Made by a program: the position numbers and the translations under genes. From positions 4,079 through 68,078 of the IMG/VR virus record IMGVR_UViG_3300045391_007588: DNA of 64,000 nucleotides. One strand, given 5' to 3'. Numbering within the stretch: position 1 is the stretch's first letter; each line of letters begins with the position of its first letter. Below the pieces are notes generated by a model. It saw only the letters and a list, made by a program, of their open reading frames with translations, was not told where the DNA came from and searched no databases. Below are positions 9,474 through 17,977 of the stretch, piece by piece. Source of the stretch: a virus.

Positions 9474-10113
9474 CCGTTTCGCGCGACAATTGGCGTTGGT
9501 TCCACTTGAGGCCGTGGCAAAGCTCGATGTTACCGTCGTTGGGGTGGGAGCAATCGGGCGGCAGGTGGCCTTGCAACTAGCGGCACTTGGTGTCCGGCGG
9601 TTACGGCTGATCGATTTTGACACTGTCGAGCTGACCAATGTTACGACCCAAGGCTATCTCAGGGCCGACCTCGGCACATCGAAAGTCGAAGCGACTGCCA
9701 AGGCGATTCGAGAAATTGACGCGACGCTTGCGCTAGAGACGATTAAGGATCGTTATCGACCGTCCATGGCAACCGGCGACGCGGTTTTCTGCTGCGTGGA
9801 TTCCATCGCTGCTCGGACGGCCATCTGGCGTGCCATGGAACATCGCCGCCAGTTTTGGTGTGACGGCCGACTGTTGGGAGAGGTGATGCGCGTGGTCACC
9901 GCCGTGGACCACTTGGCGCGTGAACACTATAGCCAGACGTTGTTTCAACCTGGTGAGGCGCAAGCCGGCTCTTGTACCGCCAGGGGCACAATATATACAG
10001 CGACCATTGCCGCCGGACTCATGATCCACCAGTTCACGCGCTGGTTACGTGGCCTTGCTATCGACGCCGATTTGTCGCTGAATCTGTTGGCTGCCGAGCT
10101 GACTGTCGCCTAG
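9457..10113 (+). CDS. ThiF/E1-like adenylyltransferase
   Basis: GGAGG RBS; VGVGAIG Rossmann loop, [21 protein letters not shown] candidate catalytic Cys. Confidence 0.9.
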   Translation: MNEYSDRFARQLALVPLEAVAKLDVTVVGVGAIGRQVALQLAALGVRRLRLIDFDTVELTNVTTQGYLRADLGTSKVEATAKAIREIDATLALETIKDRYRPSMATGDAVFCCVDSIAARTAIWRAMEHRRQFWCDGRLLGEVMRVVTAVDHLAREHYSQTLFQPGEAQAGSCTARGTIYTATIAAGLMIHQFTRWLRGLAIDADLSLNLLAAELTVA

Positions 10114-10139
10114 CCATGACTGTTCCCACAAATGTGATT

Positions 10140-10173
10140 GCCCGGCCGCCTTTAAGGCGGCCGGGCGCTTTTT
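10140..10173 (+). terminator. Rho-independent terminator ending the Ubl operon
   Basis: Perfect 11-bp stem GCCCGGCCGCC-TTTAA-GGCGGCCGGGC followed by GCTTTTT. Confidence 0.8.
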
Positions 10174-10345
10174 CCGTTTAGTTATTGGAGATCGTTGGCT
10201 GCACCACGCTATAATGCGTAAGTCCTTTTGAGGATTGAAATTGACGTCATTTTTACACCCCTGGAGCGGCATAAATCCTGGCCTTTGGATCGTGATCAAA
10301 CCGAGGCGACCTCTCACGTAATCACGCCAGCCGAACTCCAAAATG

Positions 10346-10386
10346 TGTTAACCGCCGGGTCGTAGGTTCGAGTCCTACCGGGGGAG
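10346..10386 (+). tRNA. 3' half only of tRNA-Asn(GTT): att-site duplication, not a functional gene
   Basis: T-GTT-AA anticodon loop, CCGCC stem, GGGTC, GTAGG-TTCGAGT-CCTAC T-arm, CGGGGGA-G acceptor strand; no D-arm or 5' strand upstream. Confidence 0.85.
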
Positions 10387-10413
10387 CTCCTTGTTTCGCC
10401 GCGAAACTGACCG
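10381..10413 (+). repeat. Bipartite motif GGGGAGCT-N10-CCGCGAAACTGACCG, copy 1
   Basis: Identical 8-nt and 15-nt blocks at the same spacing recur at 52873-52905. Confidence 0.7.
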
Positions 10414-10780
10414 ACAATTGGGTTAACGCACCTCGCCGAGAGATTGAATCTCCCGGCGAATCGCGTTTCTTGGCTGTCCTGTAAGGATTTGCGTCGATTC
10501 CGGGAAGGTGTACGGCGCTCTCCGTCTTGAGCCGTTGCGTCCGGGGTGCGGCCGCAACCTCCATGGTTGGCCTCGGCCCCCAGAATCTCGGCCAAAAACT
10601 CTCTGACTCTCTGATTAACAGACCGCGCCGAGTTAACAAGGCGGTTGGTTTCGGACCCCATGCCGGCTTTGCGGAGGACTCCGATGGGCTCGCTACACTG
10701 GAAGTTACAGCGATGATTTCCTAGAACCTATTTGGTGGTTCGATTCGGTTCTCGCACTCTGCCGTCATCACGAGACGACC

Positions 10781-11665
10781 ATGCCGAATTCTGCGCTTCT
10801 CGACAATTCGGCTAACCGTTCCGGTGACTCAAATGCATTGCCAGATATTGATTCACCAAGAACCACCGATTCGATCCAGGCCCGAATTAGTGAAGTTGAG
10901 CAAAAGTACGAAAATCGACTCAAGCAACTTGGTATTTCACCCATTCACGACTTTATCCCTGAAGGCGACCCGCGCGCTGAGGGCTTTCGCAATGCGTGGT
11001 TAGAATACCGCGAAGAATATCAAAATATAATTTCATTGTTGCCCGCCCCACCAGAAGTGCCACCTGGATGGGAAGGTTACCCTCCCGAGAAAGCGATCGA
11101 ATCGGTTGACGACCTAGTCCGCTTCCTAGATCAGGAATTAGGACTACTTCATGCTTTGGGGCGAAGCAGATCGCTCGGTCAAATGTATGTGGAATTATCC
11201 GCACAGGCTGTTCTGAACGCCCATAGATGGTTGCTCCATGCCGGGATTTACCAATTTCCCTTTCCGCCGAGGCCAACCAACTTTGATGACGCAGAGCGCG
11301 AACTGGCAAATCTGCTTGCAAAGCTCAACGAGTACCGAAGATCCGTGAAGGATAAATTGCCGCGAGAATTACTTCAGAAGTCGGTCGAACAGCGGGCACC
11401 ATCCATCATGGTCGATTTAGAACGGCGGACGGCCACGATTGTTGCAACGCGGAAGGAATTCGAGCTCAAAAGCGAGCAGTCCTTACGCTGGCTTAAGGTA
11501 CTTTCTGAAAACGAAGGAAAGTGGATCGCTGGACCGAAACTCAAGGACTATGACCAAGCACTCGATGGTGGCAGGACGGACCGTTTGCGCAAGGGGCTAC
11601 CATCACAACTGAGTCGATTAATCACGACTTCGAAGCGCCTTGGTGCACGGCTAAAAATGGCGTAG
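10781..11665 (+). CDS. Hypothetical protein with possible C-terminal winged-helix DNA-binding domain
   Basis: 294 aa ORF; C-terminal LRWLKVL...GKWIAG...RLRKGLPSQLSRLI...GARL resembles a wHTH; sits at the element's left end. Confidence 0.65.
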   Translation: MPNSALLDNSANRSGDSNALPDIDSPRTTDSIQARISEVEQKYENRLKQLGISPIHDFIPEGDPRAEGFRNAWLEYREEYQNIISLLPAPPEVPPGWEGYPPEKAIESVDDLVRFLDQELGLLHALGRSRSLGQMYVELSAQAVLNAHRWLLHAGIYQFPFPPRPTNFDDAERELANLLAKLNEYRRSVKDKLPRELLQKSVEQRAPSIMVDLERRTATIVATRKEFELKSEQSLRWLKVLSENEGKWIAGPKLKDYDQALDGGRTDRLRKGLPSQLSRLITTSKRLGARLKMA

Positions 11666-11741
11666 TCCTGGCTTACTTAGTCCGTTCTGTTGCCGATCTG
11701 TGGCTGTTCTGTAAGCCAACCCAACTTGGTCTCATGGGGGC

Positions 11742-11936
11742 ATGAATGAAACGCCTCCTTCAGCCGTTGCTCTCGTTCAAAGCCTGACTATTCCCGACCT
11801 CGAAGCCCGACTGTGTGCTTTGAAGGAAGAGGAGAATGCTCTAAGGACATTGCTACGGGCAATTAGGGCAAAGGAGCGCGCAAAGCGTCGGGCGGTAAAT
11901 TCGATGAATCGTAGGGAGGCCCCCTCCCATGCTTAG
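11742..11936 (+). CDS. Small coiled-coil hypothetical protein
   Basis: 64 aa ORF, overlapping and coupled to the next ORF. Confidence 0.5.
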   Translation: MNETPPSAVALVQSLTIPDLEARLCALKEEENALRTLLRAIRAKERAKRRAVNSMNRREAPSHA

Positions 11937-12132
11937 CAGCCAACCTCTCGATTCTGCGTGCAATGCAAATCGACTCTCGGAGATAGCCAGCATACTGGCT
12001 GGCGGCATCCTGCGGCTGGAGGCGCGATCGGCACTTTCCAATTGCGGTGCGCCGGCGTCGCAATTGCCAGATTCTCGCCACGCGGACCTTGATGTTTCTC
12101 CAAAAACCGTGCTCAGTGTCCACACCGGTTAA
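11929..12132 (+). CDS. Small hypothetical protein upstream of DUF2924
   Basis: GGAGG RBS; RLSEIASILAGGILRL helix. Confidence 0.5.
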   Translation: MLSSQPLDSACNANRLSEIASILAGGILRLEARSALSNCGAPASQLPDSRHADLDVSPKTVLSVHTG

Positions 12133-12157
12133 CGGTTTTCAAAACGTGGAGACACAA

Positions 12158-12655
12158 ATGGAACTGAATATCGAAAAAGAAATCGCGGCGCTGCAGCGTA
12201 TGACCATTGATCAGCTGCGGAACAGGTTTTGGGACGTGTTTGGCGAACAGACACATGCCCGCAACAAGGAATGGTTGGTGCGTCGGATCGCCTGGCGCAT
12301 TCAAGCGCAAGTTGAAGGCGATTTGTCTGAACGTGCCCGCCAGCGAGCTAGCGAGCTTGCCAATGATGCCGACCTCCGCGTTTCCGCGCCAAAAGCGGTT
12401 GTCCCCGCGGCGGCGCCGGAACGCACCATGACCGCCAAAGTTGCCCTGACGGCCGACAACCGCCTGCCTTTACCGGGCACGATCATCACTCGGCCGTACA
12501 AGGGCCAGATGCTCCAGGTAAAGGTGCTGCGCGAGGGCTTCGAGTTCGAAGGTGAGGTCTTCAATTCGCTGAGCGCCGCCGCCAAACGAATCACTGGCTC
12601 GCACTGCAACGGATATCTCTTCTTCCGGCTCAGCGCCGAGAGGAGTGCAAAATGA
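12158..12655 (+). CDS. DUF2924 domain protein
   Basis: GGAG RBS; LVRRIAWRIQ, LPGTIITRPYKG, FEGEVFNSLSAAAKRITGSHCNGYLFF. Confidence 0.85.
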   Translation: MELNIEKEIAALQRMTIDQLRNRFWDVFGEQTHARNKEWLVRRIAWRIQAQVEGDLSERARQRASELANDADLRVSAPKAVVPAAAPERTMTAKVALTADNRLPLPGTIITRPYKGQMLQVKVLREGFEFEGEVFNSLSAAAKRITGSHCNGYLFFRLSAERSAK

Positions 12656-14223
12656 AGACCGCATCCCGAAAACAAACGTCGGCCCCACAAAAGCTGCGGT
12701 GCGCGGTCTATACGCGTAAGAGCACCGAGGAAGGGCTCCAGCAGGAATTCAACTCGCTCGACGCACAACGAGAGTCGGGTGAAGCTTATATCAAGAGTCA
12801 GGCACACGAAGGGTGGGAGTTGGTTCCCAGCCGGTATGACGATGGCGGCTACACCGGTGGAAACATGGATCGGCCGGCACTCCAGCGTCTACTTTCCGAC
12901 ATCGAGGCCGGCAAGATCAACGTCGTGGTCGTCTACAAGGTTGACCGCCTCAGCCGATCTCTGCTTGACTTCGCCAAGATGGTGGAGACGTTCGACAAGC
13001 ACCAGGTCTCGTTCGTCAGCGTCACGCAGCTGATCAATACGGCCACTTCGATGGGCCGCTTAATGCTGAATGTGCTGCTTTCGTTCGCACAGTTCGAGCG
13101 CGAGATCATCTCCGAACGGACCCGCGACAAGATTGCAGCGGCCCGTCGCAAGGGCAAATGGTCAGGCGGGATGCCGCTACTCGGATACAACGTTGTCGAC
13201 ACCAAGCTGGTCATCGATCTGGAGGAGGCCGAGCAGGTCCGCCAAATCTTCAGCCTGTACCTGGAACGCGAAGGGCTTATTTCCGTTGTCGAGGAGCTCG
13301 AACGCCGCAAATGGCGAACCAAGCGCTGGCGGACGCGCAAGCAGGTTGAGCGTGGCGGACGACCATTCAACAAGAACAGTGTTTGGCAGTTGCTCACCAA
13401 TCCCGTGTACATCGGCAAGGTCCGGTACAAGGAGGAGATCCATGATGGAGAACATCAAGCGATCGTTAGCAGCGAACTTTGGCAGCAGGTCCAATCCAAG
13501 CTCCAAAGGAATGGCCGTACTGGCGGTGCCGAAGTGCGGAACAAGTTCGGTGCATTTCTTAAGGGTCTACTGCACTGTGTGCCTTGTAAATGTGGAATGA
13601 CTCCCAGCCATTCCACTCGCAATGGCAACAAGCGCTATCGCTACTATGTCTGCACGGCGGCCCAATCACGAGGATGGCAAACATGTCCAACCCCATCAAT
13701 TCCCGCCGGTGAAATTGAGCGTTTCGTCGTCGAGCAAATCAAGTGCATCGGACGCGATCCGGCCCTCATCGCCGAAACCGTCCGACAGACCCATACCCAG
13801 GCGAAACAGAGGATTGAAGAACTCGACACCGAAGAAAATCGCCTGGAACGCGAACTGGCCTGGCATCACGGTGAATTGACGAAGCTTGTTACAAGACAAT
13901 CTGCTGAGAACGACTGCCCGGCGTCCGTCCGCCTCGCCGACGCACAGGAGCGAATCGGGGCAACCGAGCGGCGGCTGAGCGACATTCGAGACGAAATTGA
14001 ACGACTGCGCTCCCACCTGATTGACGAGTCCGAAATTGCCAAGGCACTCGCTGCGTTTGACCCAGTCTGGGAGACGCTAAGTCCAGGAGAGCAAAGCCGG
14101 CTGTTGCGGTTGCTCATCGAGCGCATCGACTACGACGGGCGGGACGGAACGATCTCAATCACGTTCCATGCCAATGGGATAAAGGCGATGGAAATCGACA
14201 AGCTGCAAGGAGACGCCGCATGA
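12652..14223 (+). CDS. Large serine recombinase
   Basis: YTRKSTEEG catalytic Ser, VYKVDRLSRS, SFAQFERE, Zn ribbon CVPCKC...YYVC, coiled coil. Confidence 0.95.
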   Translation: MKTASRKQTSAPQKLRCAVYTRKSTEEGLQQEFNSLDAQRESGEAYIKSQAHEGWELVPSRYDDGGYTGGNMDRPALQRLLSDIEAGKINVVVVYKVDRLSRSLLDFAKMVETFDKHQVSFVSVTQLINTATSMGRLMLNVLLSFAQFEREIISERTRDKIAAARRKGKWSGGMPLLGYNVVDTKLVIDLEEAEQVRQIFSLYLEREGLISVVEELERRKWRTKRWRTRKQVERGGRPFNKNSVWQLLTNPVYIGKVRYKEEIHDGEHQAIVSSELWQQVQSKLQRNGRTGGAEVRNKFGAFLKGLLHCVPCKCGMTPSHSTRNGNKRYRYYVCTAAQSRGWQTCPTPSIPAGEIERFVVEQIKCIGRDPALIAETVRQTHTQAKQRIEELDTEENRLERELAWHHGELTKLVTRQSAENDCPASVRLADAQERIGATERRLSDIRDEIERLRSHLIDESEIAKALAAFDPVWETLSPGEQSRLLRLLIERIDYDGRDGTISITFHANGIKAMEIDKLQGDAA

Positions 14224-14633
14224 CCAAGAGCGTTGTCTTTCAAACCAAAGTCCATTTCCGCTGTGGTCGGAACGGTCGTAGGCACCTTGAAATCAGCGAG
14301 TCATCACGAATGCCGCTGGAGACTGGCCGCGTGCCACGGCTTTCGCGGCTGATGGCACTCGCGATCCGGTTCAATGGGCTCATCCGCAGCGGTGCCATAG
14401 CCGATCAAGCTGAGCTTTCTCGTTTGGGGCACGTCACGCGGGCCCGAATTACGCAAATCATGAACCTGCTCTTGCTGGCCCCAGACATTCAGGAAGCGAT
14501 TCTGTTTTTGCCTCGCATCGAGCGCGGTCGCGATCAAATTCATTTGCGGCAGCTCCAGCCAATTGCTCAAGTGCCGGATTGGCGCAAGCAGCGGCGATTG
14601 TGGCTCGATCTGAATCCCACGAAAAAGTCCTAG
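14220..14633 (+). CDS. Conserved hypothetical HTH-like protein coupled to the recombinase
   Basis: ATGA overlap; RLMALAIRF...ELSRLGHVTRARITQIMNLLLLAPDIQEAIL. Confidence 0.7.
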   Translation: MTKSVVFQTKVHFRCGRNGRRHLEISESSRMPLETGRVPRLSRLMALAIRFNGLIRSGAIADQAELSRLGHVTRARITQIMNLLLLAPDIQEAILFLPRIERGRDQIHLRQLQPIAQVPDWRKQRRLWLDLNPTKKS

Positions 14634-14668
14634 TCATAGCCTTGGCTCCCTGGAATTAAGAGTGGCTA

Positions 14669-17404
14669 ATGTGCCAGCAGCAACTAATCCATGAGCCCGC
14701 AACCCTGGATGGTCCTGGCTGCACTCAATTGGCCGAGACCAGTACTGATGATCTTGTCCAACGCAACGTCGAAACCGCAACTCGGTTTCTCACATCACTC
14801 TTCGCCGAGAATCAGTTGGTCCTCTTCCGGCCTATCGAGACCTGGACGGAAGCCGGTCGCAAACGCAGCCGCGTCGACTACCACAGGACCTGTTATCGGG
14901 CTGCAGTGCCGGACCTGCTGAAACTCACAATCCTGGACCAAATACAGTCGGCCGAAGAGCAGCGGGTCAATCTTTTCTTCGGCGTCTGCCCACGTTTGGG
15001 TGACAAGGGACGATTTGATCTCGCTTGGCAGATTCGAACAGTGCGGGCGATGTGGACCGATATCGATCACGTGACTGTGAACGAGGCATTGGAGCGAGTG
15101 GCCAAGGCAGGTTTGCCTCGCCCGTCCATCGTCGTCAATTCGGGCAACGGTGCGCATCTCTATTGGCTGCTTGACCAAGCCTATCTGATCGACGACGTGG
15201 GTGAGCCACCGCCGGTACTGACAGAGTGGATCGCCTCCCCGGAAGGTCGCAAGAAGCCGCGGAGGTATCTGCTCGAGGGAGAAGAACGGATTTACCTCGA
15301 CCAAAGACGGCATGTTTCGCGGTTGAGCGCCAAGGCGGAGAGCGTCCAGAACATCTTGGCCGGCATCGCCAAGGCGTGTGGGGGCGATCACACGACCGAT
15401 CTGTCCCGTTTGTTGCGACTGCCTGGGACTCTTAACCGTAAGGACCAACGTAACGGCCGAAAGCCCGTCCCAACTGTTCTCGTCGAATGCGAATCCTCGC
15501 GGCGCTACCCGCTGGCCCTGTTCGAGCCGTTTACCTCGACGTCACCGGAGTCCGAACGGGCGAAGCAGATTGCAGCGATGCCACTGCCGCGCTCCCGCCG
15601 AGCGTCCGCCAGCAAATTAGACAAGCTTAATGAACTGGTCGCGGCCAGCTCGATTGCACCTGCCGGCACTCGCTCGGAGGCTGATTTCGGAGTCTGTTGT
15701 TTTGCGATCCGCAGCGGCGTCGCCAAGGAGGAAGTCTGGTCCCAGGTCGAGGGCATTGGCAAGTTCGCTGAGAAGGGCCGGCGCTATTTCGATGTGACCT
15801 GGGAAAATGCCGAGTATGACGTGCGGGTCGGCATTCACGACAAGCTTCAGAAAAAGCAAAAGTTGCAGCCGGCACCATCACCCCATGATGAAGCCTCGTC
15901 GGACGGGCAGTCCGACGGTCCGGCAGAATTGGATGACGACAGCGACGGGATCGAACGACCAACTATCCAGGTCGCCACCCAAACCACTCCAGTCGGCGCC
16001 ACGATGGGCCGGATCACGGATCATTTACTGGCCGCCGGCAACTGCTTTAGCCGCGCCGACCAGTTGGTAGTGGTCAACAATGAGGCCATCTCGCCAATTC
16101 TCTCAACACCCGAACTGGGCGGCCTGTTGAACCACTATGTCGAGTTCTACTTTATTGGCGACGAAACCGGCGAATATAAACCGCTCCCGCTGGCCTATGG
16201 AAACACGTGGCTGAACCATCCGGGCGAACGCGCTCGCCTGCCGGCGATCAAGCTGTTTTCTCGCAACCCCGTCTATACCGACGATTGGCGACTGGTTGCT
16301 CCAGGCTACGACTCCGTTTCCGGCATTTACTATGCCGGGCTGCCGGCGGAGCGACGCGATGGTACCACACATCTCGATCGGCTACTGAAGGATTTCTGTT
16401 TTAAGTCGGTCGCCGATCGCACGAATTATCTCGGGATGTTGCTGACGACACTGCTCGTCCCGCGTTTTATCGGCTCCAAGCCGGCCGTATTGTTCAACGG
16501 CAACCAGCCGGAGCTCGGCAAATCGATCCTTGCTCAGATTATTGCCATCTTGCGCGATGGCCATCCCGTGGAGACAGCGTCATACAACGCGAACGATGAA
16601 GAGTTCGAAAAACGGCTGGGGTCCATCGTCCGCCGCGGAGTGACGACGATCATCATTGACAACGCCAAATCCCGCGGACGTGAAGCGCGCATCGACTCGG
16701 CATGCCTCGAGCGGTCAATAACCGATTCGATCCTATCGTTCCGGCTGCTGGGGTACTCACAGGATATTCGGGCGGAGAACTCGCACATTTTCTGCCTGAC
16801 CGCCAATTCGGCCAATGTTAGCCGCGACCTTGTCACCCGCAGCGCTGTCATCAATCTGTTCTACGAGGGCAATCCCGAACGCCGGTCATTCTCAATTGCC
16901 GATCCAGAAGGCTATGCCCAGGAGCACCGATTGGAGCTGTACGGCGAGTTGATCGGGATGGTGGAGCGGTGGAAGGAGGCCGGCCAACCGCTCGCCAGCG
17001 TGGATTCGCGATTCAACAAGCGGGGCTGGGGCAAGGTCATCGGCGGAATTCTGGACGCCTGTGGAGAGCCGGATTTCCTGTCCAACGCCGAAGAGGCGGC
17101 GACCCAGCTCGACGACACCCGTCGCGAGTTCACCGAACTCGTCGCCATCATGGGCGACCATCCGCAGGGAATCTGGACCGCTGCAGAGCTGAGCGATCTC
17201 TGTGTCAGGCACGAACTGCTGCAGATTGAGCGCGGTGATGGGTCGGCCCGCTCCCAGGCGACTCGGATGGGTGTCATAGCCGGGCGTTACGTTTCCGAAC
17301 ATTTCAGCTTGAGTGATGGTCGCGCCGCGATCTTCCACAGGACCGAGGACCGCAAAGGAAAGCTGTACAAGGTCGAAATCACGGACCAAGTGCCGAACGT
17401 TTGA
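14669..17404 (+). CDS. Primase-helicase replication protein (RepB-like AEP primase + PriCT-like + P-loop NTPase)
   Basis: WTDID, VNSGNGAHLYW and DLSRLLRLPGTLN primase motifs; GNQPELGKS Walker A and IIIDN Walker B. Confidence 0.8.
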   Translation: MCQQQLIHEPATLDGPGCTQLAETSTDDLVQRNVETATRFLTSLFAENQLVLFRPIETWTEAGRKRSRVDYHRTCYRAAVPDLLKLTILDQIQSAEEQRVNLFFGVCPRLGDKGRFDLAWQIRTVRAMWTDIDHVTVNEALERVAKAGLPRPSIVVNSGNGAHLYWLLDQAYLIDDVGEPPPVLTEWIASPEGRKKPRRYLLEGEERIYLDQRRHVSRLSAKAESVQNILAGIAKACGGDHTTDLSRLLRLPGTLNRKDQRNGRKPVPTVLVECESSRRYPLALFEPFTSTSPESERAKQIAAMPLPRSRRASASKLDKLNELVAASSIAPAGTRSEADFGVCCFAIRSGVAKEEVWSQVEGIGKFAEKGRRYFDVTWENAEYDVRVGIHDKLQKKQKLQPAPSPHDEASSDGQSDGPAELDDDSDGIERPTIQVATQTTPVGATMGRITDHLLAAGNCFSRADQLVVVNNEAISPILSTPELGGLLNHYVEFYFIGDETGEYKPLPLAYGNTWLNHPGERARLPAIKLFSRNPVYTDDWRLVAPGYDSVSGIYYAGLPAERRDGTTHLDRLLKDFCFKSVADRTNYLGMLLTTLLVPRFIGSKPAVLFNGNQPELGKSILAQIIAILRDGHPVETASYNANDEEFEKRLGSIVRRGVTTIIIDNAKSRGREARIDSACLERSITDSILSFRLLGYSQDIRAENSHIFCLTANSANVSRDLVTRSAVINLFYEGNPERRSFSIADPEGYAQEHRLELYGELIGMVERWKEAGQPLASVDSRFNKRGWGKVIGGILDACGEPDFLSNAEEAATQLDDTRREFTELVAIMGDHPQGIWTAAELSDLCVRHELLQIERGDGSARSQATRMGVIAGRYVSEHFSLSDGRAAIFHRTEDRKGKLYKVEITDQVPNV

Positions 17405-17603
17405 CCGTTTGCCGAACGTTTGGCGAACGTTTGAAAACCCCAACATTCGGCACTTTAAATCATTACAGGAAAACCAGATGCGACGAGCTGCCGAACGTTG
17501 CCGAACCTTTTTGGTAACCCCACACATGTACGCGCGCGCGTGCGCGCCCGCACGCGGAAATCGAACGCTGGGAAAACGTTCGCAACGTTCGGCAGGTTCG
17601 GCA
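17391..17603. repeat. Iteron-like putative replication origin
   Basis: TGCCGAACGTT-type units at 17391, 17410, 17421, 17489, 17499 (direct) and 17575, 17584, 17594 (inverted), around a 27-bp alternating purine/pyrimidine tract. Confidence 0.6.
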
Positions 17604-17641
17604 TAGGTGCATTCGACGCCATCCATTGGTCAAGGACTTAG

Positions 17642-17893
17642 ATGACCCACCACCCCCAAAATGTGCACCCTCCGATCGCGGGTGCGGCTCACACTAAGGC
17701 GAAAACGTCGGTCTGCATCGACTGGTACGCCGAGGGCGAGACTAAGGTCGTCGAGGTCGATGGCATCCGCATAACCGTCCGTTTCATTGGTCGAAAGGGC
17801 CGGCGCGGGCGAATTGCGATTGAGGCGCCAGCGGGAGCGGTGTTTCGGGCGGCTGATCGAAGAGTGGTTATGGATCGTTCGACATCCTGGTAG
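17642..17893 (+). CDS. CsrA-like small protein
   Basis: GETKVVEVDGIRITVRFIGRKGRRGRIAIEAP resembles the CsrA beta-strand pattern. Confidence 0.5.
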   Translation: MTHHPQNVHPPIAGAAHTKAKTSVCIDWYAEGETKVVEVDGIRITVRFIGRKGRRGRIAIEAPAGAVFRAADRRVVMDRSTSW

Positions 17894-17977
17894 ATGTCGG
17901 ACTCGCCGCCTTGAGAGTAATTCCTGTTGCGACGCCGCCGGCGTTGGGTTCCGGCGGTACAGTACTCTCGTCTGTAC

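Larger units (their letters stand above)
1..10386 (+). mobile_element. Integrative element 1: large serine recombinase to tRNA-Asn att site; left end probably just outside the window
   Basis: Recombinase at left edge, all cargo ORFs co-oriented on +, terminator at 10140-10173, then a tRNA 3'-half at 10346-10386 as expected for a duplicated att site. Confidence 0.7.

Noticed and set aside
10300-10390. Complete functional tRNA-Asn
   Set aside because: No 5' acceptor strand, D-arm or 5' anticodon stem upstream of 10346; only the 3' half is present
10314-10661. ORFs 10314-10661(-) and 10322-10639(-)
   Set aside because: They read through the antisense of the tRNA fragment (PGRTRTYDP is the typical artefact) and have no protein-like features
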